DNA from: a virus
Taxonomy: Duplodnaviria; Caudoviricetes
Virus record (IMG/VR): IMGVR_UViG_3300031555_004297
Direction: 5' to 3' (one strand)
Length of the DNA stretch: 64,000 bases
Below are positions 41,520 to 52,451 of the stretch, one piece after another (the first letter of the stretch is position 1; every line of letters starts with the position of its first letter). Under the pieces are notes generated by a model. The model was given only the letters and a program-made list of their open reading frames with translations. It did no database searches and was not told the origin of the DNA. The position numbers were made by a program, and so were the translations under genes.

Positions 41520-41989
41520 GACTTCTTTGTTCTCCTTTTGACTGTAGGAGCTTCTGGAAGTCCATCATATTCGCTCAGATCTACATCTTCTTCTCCATTA
41601 AGCTGAAGAATAATATCCGCATACTTAAGACTATCTCTAATATACGGCTTAGAGGTGACAAGAGTATTATCGCTCATACGGCACTCAATAGAGCTAGCCT
41701 GGCTTTTTCTATCACCATGTACGTCATAGTAAGTAGAGCAGTCTATACCGCTCTCATCGGCATACTTCTCAAGATACAATCCGAAAAGATTGCCCATAAG
41801 CTTTCTGTTATTATAGGGGTCAAATTCCATATTCTGTCTTCCACAATAAGCTCCGGGAGCAATTAAATAAGAAGTGCCAACGGTCAGCGGAACCCCAGTA
41901 TCTTGATCTACAATTTTATTTCCATGACCAATCTCAAGACCAATCTCTCTCATGATCATAGTATTAATTTCCAAATCTTTCTCGTTCAT
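41516..41989 (-). CDS. hypothetical protein
   Basis: AAAGGA before MNEKD. Confidence 0.72.
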   Translation of the reverse strand: MNEKDLEINTMIMREIGLEIGHGNKIVDQDTGVPLTVGTSYLIAPGAYCGRQNMEFDPYNNRKLMGNLFGLYLEKYADESGIDCSTYYDVHGDRKSQASSIECRMSDNTLVTSKPYIRDSLKYADIILQLNGEEDVDLSEYDGLPEAPTVKRRTKKS

Positions 41990-42121
41990 AATAATTTCCT
42001 TTCTTGAGTTTAAAAGATTCGTTCTTGAGCATCTGCCCAAGAACAATAACCTTTTACTCGAACTATTATTTAATAAATGGTTATTGGTATTATTAAGTTT
42101 TATAAGAGGAGGATAACCCAA

Positions 42122-42538
42122 ATGCTACCTCAAGCTACAAGAACTATTGCTCAGTTTATTGAAGCTGGCAAAGGAGTTACAGTCACCTATTATAATATGT
42201 CTTTCTCAGAAATTCTTTCAAATGGTACTCATGTAAGTACTTTGAATGTAGTTTCCGATTATTTAAATGAATTACGTAATGCATGTGTTACTGTAGAACT
42301 CTCGAAAGAGGAACAGAACGCATACTTTTATAAACCAAAGCTATTGTGCTATGATATATATGGCAACCCGGAACTCTACTTTATCATTCTTCTTATCAAT
42401 GATATTGCAGACGTTAAGGAGTTTACCAAACCGTCCATCAAGATGCTCAAGAAAGAGCATATGAATACTCTTATCAGTTATATTTATAATGCTGAGAAGA
42501 ATGCAATGGATGAGCATAATGCTAATTGGATTAATTAA
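42122..42538 (+). CDS. baseplate wedge protein (T4 gp53-like, LysM-like)
   Basis: KPKLLCYDIYGNPELYFIILLINDI resembles gp53 RP..l...lYG....W.il..N.I; AGGAGG; AACT-N6-TA at 42061-42072. Confidence 0.65.
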   Translation: MLPQATRTIAQFIEAGKGVTVTYYNMSFSEILSNGTHVSTLNVVSDYLNELRNACVTVELSKEEQNAYFYKPKLLCYDIYGNPELYFIILLINDIADVKEFTKPSIKMLKKEHMNTLISYIYNAEKNAMDEHNANWIN

Positions 42539-42601
42539 ATGAAGTCCAGAGGATCGAATCCTCTGGACTCAATCTTTTGGTGTCATACACCTACTACGGA
42601 G

Positions 42602-44371
42602 TTATCCATATAATACCTCCTGCTGCTCTTCAAAGAATATCATTGGTTCAATAAGATTTTCTTGAGACCTCATATCAGCTGCTCCAAGATCATCTATACT
42701 AGTATTCGCAGATACAATTTTTGCAGAGAAGATATTAGGATTATTCGAAGTTGTCTTCGTAATTTGTCCCATATCAACAATTGCATTAGTTTGATACTGC
42801 GATTGCATAGGTAGTCCTGTACCGAATTGAGGTTCTGCTCTCATCGTTGTCTTAAAACTAGCCAGTCCTCCAAAGTCTTCTTTAAGCTTTAGAGTATTAC
42901 CGACAAACGGAAGATATACAAATTCCGTATTTCCGGCATTATATCTAATTTTAATTCTTTGAACACCGAGGAATCTCTCACCAGTATTTGTTGTTTCTGG
43001 TGCAATCAAGAATCCTGCGTCAATATTATTCAAGATAAGCATTGATTCACTGATATTAGATCTTCCAATCAATCTAACCAAGTCAGACTTACTAGCTTTA
43101 CGTCCTTCGTCGATATGCTTAGACGCATCTCTATTAAGCTGAGCTACAGTTATAATCGGAATATCTTTTATTTCAGCATAGGTTTTAAACTCATCTACAA
43201 TCGCACCGTATTCAAGACGAGTATCTTGAAGTCTTTCAGTCGATCTAATACGGCCGATATAGTCCTGAAACATAGCTATTACTTCCATACCCTGATCTTC
43301 AAGATCTTCAGTTAAAGTATAGAGATAACTTGTATCAACAGAGTTTGACGGTTGGAATTTGATAATAATATCAATCGGAGATGCATCCGTCAAATACAGT
43401 TCTCCTTCTTCTCTGAGCATATTTATTGCACCTTCTGGAGAGAAATCTGTCATTGCAGGTCTTCCAGTTGCCATTCCGAACAATCTTTCGACAGACTCTG
43501 TTACAGTGTTCTCCATTGTAAGAAGTACAATACATGGTCTCTTTGTAGGATCTTTTGTTTTATAATCCTTATTATATTTCTTTAACTGATAAATCATATT
43601 AAGTACGACTGATGATTTACCTTCTCCAGGAAGTCCGAAATAGACATAACAACGTCCATTCTCAAAACCTCCACCAAGAAGCTCATTCATACCCTGCATA
43701 CCAGTTACAAGTTTACGTCTCGGAGAATTCAAAGTATTATAAGTATCATACATAATATCTTCGAAATATCCTTCACGCAAACTAAAAATCGCTTCTGTAC
43801 GATCTTCATGCTTTGAACGTCTGAAATCATTCTGAATATTATTAATCGCTTTTTCAAATTCTGCAACTATTTCTGCTTTAGAACCATAATCTGCAGAACG
43901 AATTCTCGAACACAATTCAGCCAATACATCGACGTTATTATACACATGAGTATATTTTAAAGCTTCGGATACCATGTTATTCATCCAGGATAACTCTGCT
44001 CCAGTTAATCCTTTGAATTCATCGAAATTTACAATATCCGAATCAAGAATTCCTCCGTAAATATGAGTCATTATCATATACGGATCAGTCAAATTCATAT
44101 CTAGTCTAGCTTCTATACCTTTCTTAATGAAAGATACACGCTTCGATTTCTCAAAATCATTTATATAACTATCAGGATTGATCAAATGAATCAAATTCCT
44201 TAAGTTAACAAGCTGGCCTCTTCTAATCGTTTGATTATCTGTGACCAAGCTCTTACACATTATATCAAGAGTCCTTAAGTCAAGATTCAAGTCAAGTTGT
44301 TTATTTCCTTTAACAACAGAAGATCCTTGACCCGAGTACTTTGCTCTTCTTTCTAAGTTCAAGAATCTCAC
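42602..44371 (-). CDS. dnaB: DnaB-like replicative helicase
   Basis: GLPGEGKS, LTMEN, QDYI, VAQLNR, ISES. Confidence 0.9.
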   Translation of the reverse strand: MRFLNLERRAKYSGQGSSVVKGNKQLDLNLDLRTLDIMCKSLVTDNQTIRRGQLVNLRNLIHLINPDSYINDFEKSKRVSFIKKGIEARLDMNLTDPYMIMTHIYGGILDSDIVNFDEFKGLTGAELSWMNNMVSEALKYTHVYNNVDVLAELCSRIRSADYGSKAEIVAEFEKAINNIQNDFRRSKHEDRTEAIFSLREGYFEDIMYDTYNTLNSPRRKLVTGMQGMNELLGGGFENGRCYVYFGLPGEGKSSVVLNMIYQLKKYNKDYKTKDPTKRPCIVLLTMENTVTESVERLFGMATGRPAMTDFSPEGAINMLREEGELYLTDASPIDIIIKFQPSNSVDTSYLYTLTEDLEDQGMEVIAMFQDYIGRIRSTERLQDTRLEYGAIVDEFKTYAEIKDIPIITVAQLNRDASKHIDEGRKASKSDLVRLIGRSNISESMLILNNIDAGFLIAPETTNTGERFLGVQRIKIRYNAGNTEFVYLPFVGNTLKLKEDFGGLASFKTTMRAEPQFGTGLPMQSQYQTNAIVDMGQITKTTSNNPNIFSAKIVSANTSIDDLGAADMRSQENLIEPMIFFEEQQEVLYG

Positions 44372-44456
44372 CTACCCATTTTCAATAAGTATTATTATGT
44401 TTCACAACCTGTATTTACCTATTAAATGAGCTATGAGTCGTTATGACCTCTTTTCA

Positions 44457-45599
44457 TTATATTCCTCCTGCTAATACTTCTTTAAGTCTTTCGACTGTGA
44501 TGTATTGCTGTCCCATATTGTGGTTAATAAAATGTACGAACTTTGTATAGCTATCGAGGTTGGGATCGAGAAGAAATCCAAGTTCAGAATACTTTTCTTC
44601 AATCTCAACTGTCGTATTTACTTCAGGGGTTACCGATTTATCTGTGTATCTTTTAATAACCACACTCTGATTATTAGTATAATATTGCTCAACAATTTTT
44701 TGAGTAGATGGTTCATTAAGATCACTAAAATCAATTCGAATATTGTCTATCCCATTTGCTAACAAATTATCCAAATGCTGGATGATTTGATTAGGATCTG
44801 TATATTCAAGAGTTTTGATATTTATTGTATCATATCTAAATGATTTAATTGGAAGGAATGTAAGATTATGAGCATTTGTAATTCTATCATGAATTACAAT
44901 ACAAAAACCTTTTTCTTCCTCTTCTCCAAATCTATATCTTATAGGATTCGAGCAATAATATATGTATCCATTCAAGCACATTGCCTTATGTACATGGCCA
45001 CAAATAATTGGCCCTCTACAACCAGCAAAACTATCAATCGAGAATACTGGATATCTACTCGAGTTAAGGTCTTCTTTAGTAGCTCCATATACAGAACCGA
45101 CAACAGTTCCATGCATAAAAGCTGTATCATAAACGTCGTCCAAAAGAGCTTTGTAATATGCTTCTCCACGCCCATACTCTTCAGGAACACAGAGAATTTT
45201 CAATCCCTGGACGTATTCAAACTGTGCTCTTTCAACAATTCGAATATCTAATCTTTCATCATCTTTATAGCCATAAAAGAGCTTTAGCTGTCCAGCATCA
45301 TGGCTCTCAGTTCCAGCTATAATCATTAAAGTTGCTTGTCTAGCAATACAAAATTCTGCACATATACGAACAAATTCCATCGCATACATTACAGCATCTG
45401 AATTTGCTAAAAGTTTCTTATCGAATATATCCCCATCAATAGATAAGATATCAAAATCAATAGTAGAAATGGGTTTTAAAAATTGCTCATTTAAAATGGC
45501 AAATTGCTTTTGCGGATCTATACTGCCGAAATGGATATCGGCGATGTGTACCTCTACCGCATAATTCTTATACGGCTTTGGCGTTTCATAGTATTTCAT
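44457..45599 (-). CDS. sbcD: SbcD/Mre11-like metallophosphoesterase nuclease
   Basis: ADIH, GDIFD, GTESHD, MHG, GHVH. Confidence 0.88.
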   Translation of the reverse strand: MKYYETPKPYKNYAVEVHIADIHFGSIDPQKQFAILNEQFLKPISTIDFDILSIDGDIFDKKLLANSDAVMYAMEFVRICAEFCIARQATLMIIAGTESHDAGQLKLFYGYKDDERLDIRIVERAQFEYVQGLKILCVPEEYGRGEAYYKALLDDVYDTAFMHGTVVGSVYGATKEDLNSSRYPVFSIDSFAGCRGPIICGHVHKAMCLNGYIYYCSNPIRYRFGEEEEKGFCIVIHDRITNAHNLTFLPIKSFRYDTINIKTLEYTDPNQIIQHLDNLLANGIDNIRIDFSDLNEPSTQKIVEQYYTNNQSVVIKRYTDKSVTPEVNTTVEIEEKYSELGFLLDPNLDSYTKFVHFINHNMGQQYITVERLKEVLAGGI

Positions 45600-45736
45600 A
45601 TAATTATTCTCCTTTTTCGATAAATAAGGATAGACTCCGCCCGAGTCTATCCTTATTTGAAAATGGGTGGAAGCAAGTTAGGAATGTATAGGAAGCCCTA
45701 ACCCACTTACTATTTAGTTGCTGTACAGATAACTTC

Positions 45737-46267
45737 TTACCATCTGTCGTAGTAATAATCGAAAAGATAAAGGATTCGATTATTAATCTTTCTGATAGCA
45801 GATTCGAGGAGCATTTCATCATAAATAGTAGGATCCTCGTCCCACTGCTCCTTTGTGAAAGAAAGCGTAGTCTTGGTAATGTTACATACTCCAGGAGTCG
45901 ATGTACATTTAATTCTATCGATCTCCATAATTACACGCTCAGAATCAGAAATAAGTTTAATTGTGATAACGACCTCTGTATCGTACATCTTGAATCCATT
46001 CTGCCCCTTCGAGAAAGCTCTAGAGGAATATAAACCAAACTCATGATTGTCTAATACATTGGGATAGAAGAAACAGTCTTCAGCAAGTTTAATAAAATCT
46101 GCCATTCTCCAAAGAAGACCAAATCCGGGACTTCCTTCTTTAATATCATTGCGGAATTTCTTTATTTGTTTCTTATACTTAAGCTTCTTAAAAAATCCAC
46201 TTCTAGGTTTGTCATGAATCATACTCATGAACACATTAGTGCTTGCGGGTCTTTGTGCTATTTTCAT
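45737..46267 (-). CDS. hypothetical protein
   Basis: GAGGTG before MKIAQ. Confidence 0.72.
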   Translation of the reverse strand: MKIAQRPASTNVFMSMIHDKPRSGFFKKLKYKKQIKKFRNDIKEGSPGFGLLWRMADFIKLAEDCFFYPNVLDNHEFGLYSSRAFSKGQNGFKMYDTEVVITIKLISDSERVIMEIDRIKCTSTPGVCNITKTTLSFTKEQWDEDPTIYDEMLLESAIRKINNRILYLFDYYYDRW

Positions 46268-46874
46268 GGCTAAGCCACCTCTTTTCCAAACCAGCAATTA
46301 TGTATGAATGGTATACTCTAAATACATTAGGAAGTATAGTCATAGCAATCTGGTTCAGATTCCTTTCTGATTTTGTAATATCTATGTCATTACTAATTCG
46401 AGTACTCTCGATAGTTCTGACTCTTGTATTAGTTCTGCTAAATCGACTATGTGAAGTTTCGTAAGATGCGCGAATCTTACCGTCATAATCCATATCAGAA
46501 CCCATCTCTGCAACAAATTTGCAGATTACTGTAGTATCATTTACATACTCCGATTTCACATTGATTTCTGCAACTGCAGGCCATCGTGAGTTATCGGTTC
46601 CTTTCTTACAAGATATCATATAAGAAGTCGTATCAATACTTACAAGTAATGGTACTTCGAGCTTCATAGTAACTGCAATATCTACGAGTAAAGCCAGATT
46701 AACAAGATCTCTAGCAGTATACTCATCTTGACTATACATAGTACTTTGTTTTTGCTCGAATTCTTTTATTAATTTTTTAATTTTCAGTTTCTTGAAATGC
46801 TTATCGCTATTTAAGATAGCTTTGATATCATAATCAAGCTTAATCAGGAGATCTGCCATAATCTGTCTCATCAC
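46236..46874 (-). CDS. hypothetical protein
   Basis: 212 aa, overlapping its neighbours in an operon. Confidence 0.72.
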   Translation of the reverse strand: MMRQIMADLLIKLDYDIKAILNSDKHFKKLKIKKLIKEFEQKQSTMYSQDEYTARDLVNLALLVDIAVTMKLEVPLLVSIDTTSYMISCKKGTDNSRWPAVAEINVKSEYVNDTTVICKFVAEMGSDMDYDGKIRASYETSHSRFSRTNTRVRTIESTRISNDIDITKSERNLNQIAMTILPNVFRVYHSYIIAGLEKRWLSHENSTKTRKH

Positions 46875-47332
46875 AAGTTATACTGTCTCCTTCCCATGTA
46901 GTATTCTCTATAAGCATAGCACAATACCTCGCATATTGTGTCTATAATAAGAGCTGTTATATGAAGTTCATCATAATGCCGTTCGGCATCTTTATCTGCA
47001 TGATGGCAATGCACCGTGCAGTAATCATATGTATTATAATTTTGAATAAGGATGTAAACAGGCCTTGTAACAATCTCGCATTTATTCTCTGATCTGATAA
47101 TGCGAAACTTATGATCCTTCTTTACATTCAAAATTTCTATATCTTTTAGATCTTCGGAGATAAATTTAATACAACCAATAGCTACATCTTTCGGATTAAC
47201 TTTAGACCATTCCGCATTAGGAAACATGTCTGCTCTAATCTCATAATAGCAATTGATTGGATCATATTTTTTATTTTTGAAATTTGTTTTTATTCTCTCA
47301 TACGCTGTTCGGAAATAAATTCCTATTGCCAT
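46871..47332 (-). CDS. hypothetical protein
   Basis: 153 aa; AAGGAGG. Confidence 0.74.
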   Translation of the reverse strand: MAIGIYFRTAYERIKTNFKNKKYDPINCYYEIRADMFPNAEWSKVNPKDVAIGCIKFISEDLKDIEILNVKKDHKFRIIRSENKCEIVTRPVYILIQNYNTYDYCTVHCHHADKDAERHYDELHITALIIDTICEVLCYAYREYYMGRRQYNL

Positions 47333-47347
47333 TAGAAATTCCCTCCT

Positions 47348-48052
47348 TTAGAATAGCAGGCCGAAATCCTGCTCAGCTTTTTGTACGTTGTAATATGCAT
47401 ATACAAGAGATAAAAAGGTCTCTTCACAATGTCTAAAGAAAGCATTATGCTCTGCATTATGCAAGTCTAGCACATACTCTTTAAACCCAACCTCCATTTT
47501 ATCCAGTTGTAAAACAATTACTCCATCTATGGTAATTCCTTTTTGCTTTAGCATATAATAGTATGCTGCAAGCTGAAGGAAATAAGTAAATGTAACATGA
47601 TTGCTAGTTTTAAAGTCCATCAAATACCATTTATCACCTATTTGCATTAAGCAGTCCATTGTACCGCCAAACCATTCACAGACGAGTTTCTCCTCGACTT
47701 TAATAGGCGTTACATCGAACCCTGCGTCGGTAATGATATTATACCATGACATAAATCCCATGAAAGGGATATTAGTCGGTGTCTCAAGCTTTTGCTTTAA
47801 GTATCTTTCTATAGCTTCGTGAGCCATTGTACCCATAGTAGCCGCATTATCAAGTACCTGCTTATATCTCATTCCTTTAAATCCAAGAGAATTGGCCCAA
47901 TACATGAGTGAATCCTTATGGATCATTCTGGATAAGATTTCAGTAACTCTAGGTACTGTGATTCCATGACTATTTTCATAGGTACTAGTCTTATTTTCTA
48001 TAGAGAAGTTTATAGAATTTAATGCTTCTATCATTAAACTCATAAATGTCAT
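47348..48052 (-). CDS. PD-(D/E)XK (RecB-family) nuclease
   Basis: PRVTEIL, GTMAH, E..., GTMD, DFKTS, QLAAY. Confidence 0.85.
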   Translation of the reverse strand: MTFMSLMIEALNSINFSIENKTSTYENSHGITVPRVTEILSRMIHKDSLMYWANSLGFKGMRYKQVLDNAATMGTMAHEAIERYLKQKLETPTNIPFMGFMSWYNIITDAGFDVTPIKVEEKLVCEWFGGTMDCLMQIGDKWYLMDFKTSNHVTFTYFLQLAAYYYMLKQKGITIDGVIVLQLDKMEVGFKEYVLDLHNAEHNAFFRHCEETFLSLVYAYYNVQKAEQDFGLLF

Positions 48053-48163
48053 CTCCTTTGTTATTTATTACAAAACTGTTCTAGCGCTAGTTTATTATAA
48101 AAATGAACTATAAAGTAAGTAGTTGGATCCCCGTTCAACTATTAATTTTTTTTTGAATAGGAG

Positions 48164-48607
48164 ATGAAGTATATGAAGATTATTAAAGATAAGCGTACAT
48201 TCTATACACTCTCGTTCACTTGGGGAATTATTATGACTATTATTGGTTTTTGTGCTGCTCTATATCTTCTTATTAGAGGATACAAAGCTAGTAAACATGG
48301 CTATTGCTGGTGTTTCAGTAAAGGAGTCGGATGGGGCGGAGTCAGTCTCGGCTTTATCATGATCAAATCAATTGACTGTGGTGATAGAACAAAAAATCAT
48401 GAGCATGGTCATGCAATTCAAAATTGTTATTTTGGGCCTTTACATTGTATATTTTCTCTGATGTCTGCTGCAAGATATCACTATAGAAAACATCTTGTAA
48501 GATGCGGAGAATTAACAGAAGATCAGCTTCCTGACTATGATGAATTCTGGTTTGAGGGTCAGGCTACAGAGGTTGGGGAAGAGCAGATGAAGTATTTAAA
48601 TAGGTAA
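48164..48607 (+). CDS. membrane protein with an HExxH zinc-peptidase-like motif
   Basis: N-terminal transmembrane segment; HEHGHAIQ...FEGQA. Confidence 0.7.
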   Translation: MKYMKIIKDKRTFYTLSFTWGIIMTIIGFCAALYLLIRGYKASKHGYCWCFSKGVGWGGVSLGFIMIKSIDCGDRTKNHEHGHAIQNCYFGPLHCIFSLMSAARYHYRKHLVRCGELTEDQLPDYDEFWFEGQATEVGEEQMKYLNR

Positions 48608-48712
48608 TAAATTCATATCCAGATACCCTAATAATTGGGTATCTGGATTCCTTTTGGCTTATTATAAGGCCAACATTTCATTAAATTAGAAATAATTAAA
48701 GGAGGTTTTGTT

Positions 48713-49663
48713 ATGGCAAAAACATATGCCGCAACGTACCTGTACGGCCAATATAGTGAATACGAAAAGCAGCTCTTTTCTTTTCTTATGAACGGAACCG
48801 AGATCGATAAGGATTCTCCAGATTTCGAGGACGTTGTCTATGATGTAAAGAAGCATCAGGTTAGCAATTCTCTTGTTAACGTGCTCAAGTCTAAAGAAGT
48901 TGTTCTTATGACGAACGATAAACCACTTTCTAAGGCATTCAAAGTATTCTGTGCTAAGGATATTAAAGGTCCGAAGAAGGATAAAATGAAGGTGTTCATC
49001 GACTGCTCGAATATCCTCAAGCTCGATGAGTCTACCGGAAAATATGTATGCAGAGGCAATAACATTGATATCCTTATCTCTTATCTTGTATCTGCTATGC
49101 ATACTCTTATCTACTATGCTGATGAGAATAGAATGATTAATAATGCTAAGGTAATGTCCGTTGGAGCCCAGGCATTTGCATCTCTGTTTACTCATGTAGT
49201 AGACTATACTTGTAAGATCAGTGCAACTCCTGCAATGAAAAATAAGTGTATGTATCTTGCATCGCTTTACTACTTTGCTAATATTCTTGGCAAAGATCAC
49301 ACTAAAGAAGGACCCAGAAATATTGCTAAGAAGGTTTCTGGACTTTCTGATAGAGAGGCTGGAATTGTTGATATCCAGCTCAAATCTGAGTCTATGTTGA
49401 ATATCAAGTACTTTGTAGAATCTTTGTCTGATATTCTGCATGTAAATAAACTTACAAAGGACGTTGTTCTCGAGAGATGGATGACCATTTATGGTACTGG
49501 AACTCAGTTTGCACTTGAACTGTTTCCTGCCTTTGCTACTATGATTACAGATGCTTATGTAGGAGCATACCTTAACAATCAGAAGACGATTGAAAAGGTT
49601 GCTAATACTAGCATGACTGAGTTTACAAAGGCACTTCTTTCGATTGGAGCTGAATCGGTATGA
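48713..49663 (+). CDS. hypothetical protein, probably virion structural
   Basis: 316 aa; AAGGAGG; AACA-TTTCAT-TA promoter at 48672-48683; coupled to the large beta-rich protein downstream. Confidence 0.75.
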   Translation: MAKTYAATYLYGQYSEYEKQLFSFLMNGTEIDKDSPDFEDVVYDVKKHQVSNSLVNVLKSKEVVLMTNDKPLSKAFKVFCAKDIKGPKKDKMKVFIDCSNILKLDESTGKYVCRGNNIDILISYLVSAMHTLIYYADENRMINNAKVMSVGAQAFASLFTHVVDYTCKISATPAMKNKCMYLASLYYFANILGKDHTKEGPRNIAKKVSGLSDREAGIVDIQLKSESMLNIKYFVESLSDILHVNKLTKDVVLERWMTIYGTGTQFALELFPAFATMITDAYVGAYLNNQKTIEKVANTSMTEFTKALLSIGAESV

Positions 49664-52437
49664 GCAATGTGATTGATACTATCAATCGGTATAAGGCTAA
49701 ATCTGCTGACTTGTTACAGAGTCAGCAGGAGGCTTATATACCCAGACTCGAGGACCAGATCGAATATGTTACACAAGCATATACGATCAATAATCAGCGA
49801 GTCGTTATCAACCAGATGTATCATGTATGCTTTAAGCTAAAGTATCTGAAGTGGGGTACTGCTTCTAAGACTACTATTGATACTTATCTTGATTATAAAA
49901 AGAAAAAATCTGTTGGCGTCGATGATATGAGCATTTATAATGAGTACGTTAAGATGAATGGTCTTGAATATAGTATGAAAGATCTCGTCAATAATAAAAT
50001 CATTCGCCCCTTCTTGCTCTTCATCGATGGAGTATTTATCCCTTGGGAGATTATATATATTCATCTTAGCCGTGAGCAGAGCTATCTGACCGTAAAGACT
50101 AATATGCATAAAAATAACAGTGGTAAGTATTTTTATGATGAGAGATTTGGATCTCTTATTAGATCGCCCAGATATGCACAGATTGTATCTATTCCCGATT
50201 ATATCGGTTATACTTCTGGATATAGCGCTCTTGCTGAAGACAAGAAGCCTACTCCTGATGAAATTATCTTCGCCTTCGATCATAGTGGTAAATACAATAC
50301 TGATAATCCTGAGTATGTTTACTACTTTAAAGGTACAAGAACCATCTTCAACACTGTAACTAGAACATGGGCTGCTGAGACTCCACGCATGTATCTTGCC
50401 AGATATTCTGCAGATGGAGTAGGAGTATCTGCTGTTCCCGTATTTGACAATGTTACTGATATTGAAATGGATAGCTCTAATGTATTTCTATTTACTAATG
50501 GTATTCTTACAACTGGAGAAACTTCAGTTCTTAAGATTGCTAAAGAAATTGAAATCGATCAAAATATCAATATTATTGGTATTTATAAGAGCGCTGAAGA
50601 ACTAGAATCTGTGGAAGCAAATGCTGGCGACTATGCTCAGATTTGTATCCATGAGATTCCCGAAGGACAGACTGAGTGTCCTTTTGAAGACTCTTATTAC
50701 AGATATAACGGTTATTCATGGAAACATGTAGATTATATCAGAAAAACTATCTCTGGTCAGGATGTTGATGAGATTGATATTGCAACGCCAATCAAACCCA
50801 ATCCTGAGATCAGATTTGATTCTACCTTGTTGACTATTGGTGATGGAACAAATCGTAATAGCTACAACTATCGTATTTGCGTATTTGCTAATAGAAAGTA
50901 TGATGCAAGTGTAGATAATATTGTTCCTTTCGAAGTAGATCCGTTGTCTGAAGTAGTTGATTCTATCAATAATGGAGGCGAAGCTCCTGCATGGTTTGCA
51001 GATGCAAGCGAACCTTTCCAATTTAAGATGGATCGCACAAAGACTTATGAAGAGAATGTAGCAGATGCTATCAAATATATGATGCATTATAACCCCGCAT
51101 TCTTCGGTACTACCATTTATAACAAGTCCAGACTTGATGTTGAGGAAAAGAGTACAGAATGGATCTATGCTTATATGTCTGATCAGGGAGTTCTAGCTAT
51201 TCCGAGAAGACATTATGAAGGCGATGATGAGTGCATTCTTCTTTTCGTTAACGGAGAGATATACCCTTACATGTCTGCCTCCAGTTATATTGCTAATCAG
51301 TTCATTGTACCTATCAATGGCATTAATAATGGAGACAGAATCGAACTCTGGAGATTTAAAGGCATTAACAACAATACCTATGATATTGTCATCGATGAAG
51401 CTGATGGATTTGCAAATTATAGTCCTGATATTATCAATGATGATATGGTATTATTCTCACCTGTTCCAGATGTAGACTATTTTGATTTCTCTGGAGAATC
51501 CCTACAGCAGTTTCCTGTAGATTATTCTCTTGAAACAGATGCTGATGGAAAGATCAAGATTATCCTTGCAAACAATTTCTATTATGACAAACCTCTTACA
51601 GTTGCTTACAAGAGCAGATATGTACACTATACTTATAGGGTAACTCAAGAGAAACCTGAATTTGCAATTAATCTTGGCAATAGCTTTAAATTCTGTTATG
51701 ATATGAAGAGATATAGCGTATTCTATAATGGACGTAGAATCGATCCTAGTAAGTATAGATTAGTTGTTCCTAACAGCCCTACGCTTCCCTTCGTGCAGTT
51801 TAAACTCTACATGTCTATTCCTGTAATTATGGGAGATCGTGTAGATGTAATTTATTCGCCTATTCAATTTGAAGATGTTGTCATTTATCCTACGATCCCA
51901 ACTTCTGGAGATCTTGTAGTTGAGAAAGATCTTATGGATTATATTCTCAATCCTAATCTCTATATGGTATGGGTAAATGGTAAGAAAGTTCCGGCATCTT
52001 CTATTGCTGTAATTGATTCTACTCATATGAGAATTATGACAGATGAAAATAGTGTTGAATATGTTGCAATTACAAAACAGATTCCTTCAGTAGAAGAGAT
52101 TGCTGATGTATTCCATGAGAATGAATCTCTCTGGGATAGTATTACCAAGCAGCTCTCCGATGAAGAGATCGAACAGTTCTTCGGCATTCCTATTGGAAGC
52201 CTTAGCGCTAATGAGACAAGTATCGTTGCTAATGCTGTTGGAAATAAACAGGTTATGTATGAACTTGTTCGTGAAGAGTATCTTAATAGTTTCAGAGTTG
52301 ATACAACTGAGTCTTTCTTGTACGACTATGAAGATAAGACACTCGTTGAAGAGGATGGAATTATCAATGTCGCAGATGCTAGCATAGATGATAACATTGC
52401 TGAGATTGATAGAGATCCTTATGATGAAAACGTATAA
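49660..52437 (+). CDS. large beta-rich virion (tail/baseplate-type) protein
   Basis: 925 aa with repeated hydrophobic-x-NG modules (LFIDG, LFTNG, LFVNG, VFYNGR, VWVNGK) and GDR-I/V turns. Confidence 0.7.
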   Translation: MSNVIDTINRYKAKSADLLQSQQEAYIPRLEDQIEYVTQAYTINNQRVVINQMYHVCFKLKYLKWGTASKTTIDTYLDYKKKKSVGVDDMSIYNEYVKMNGLEYSMKDLVNNKIIRPFLLFIDGVFIPWEIIYIHLSREQSYLTVKTNMHKNNSGKYFYDERFGSLIRSPRYAQIVSIPDYIGYTSGYSALAEDKKPTPDEIIFAFDHSGKYNTDNPEYVYYFKGTRTIFNTVTRTWAAETPRMYLARYSADGVGVSAVPVFDNVTDIEMDSSNVFLFTNGILTTGETSVLKIAKEIEIDQNINIIGIYKSAEELESVEANAGDYAQICIHEIPEGQTECPFEDSYYRYNGYSWKHVDYIRKTISGQDVDEIDIATPIKPNPEIRFDSTLLTIGDGTNRNSYNYRICVFANRKYDASVDNIVPFEVDPLSEVVDSINNGGEAPAWFADASEPFQFKMDRTKTYEENVADAIKYMMHYNPAFFGTTIYNKSRLDVEEKSTEWIYAYMSDQGVLAIPRRHYEGDDECILLFVNGEIYPYMSASSYIANQFIVPINGINNGDRIELWRFKGINNNTYDIVIDEADGFANYSPDIINDDMVLFSPVPDVDYFDFSGESLQQFPVDYSLETDADGKIKIILANNFYYDKPLTVAYKSRYVHYTYRVTQEKPEFAINLGNSFKFCYDMKRYSVFYNGRRIDPSKYRLVVPNSPTLPFVQFKLYMSIPVIMGDRVDVIYSPIQFEDVVIYPTIPTSGDLVVEKDLMDYILNPNLYMVWVNGKKVPASSIAVIDSTHMRIMTDENSVEYVAITKQIPSVEEIADVFHENESLWDSITKQLSDEEIEQFFGIPIGSLSANETSIVANAVGNKQVMYELVREEYLNSFRVDTTESFLYDYEDKTLVEEDGIINVADASIDDNIAEIDRDPYDENV

Positions 52438-52451
52438 GGAGGAATTGATCC

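Noticed and set aside
47348-48052. Cas4 partner for the RAMP locus
   Set aside because: Lacks the Cas4 C-terminal cysteine cluster and sits 8 kb away in a replication operon; an ordinary phage RecB-family nuclease.
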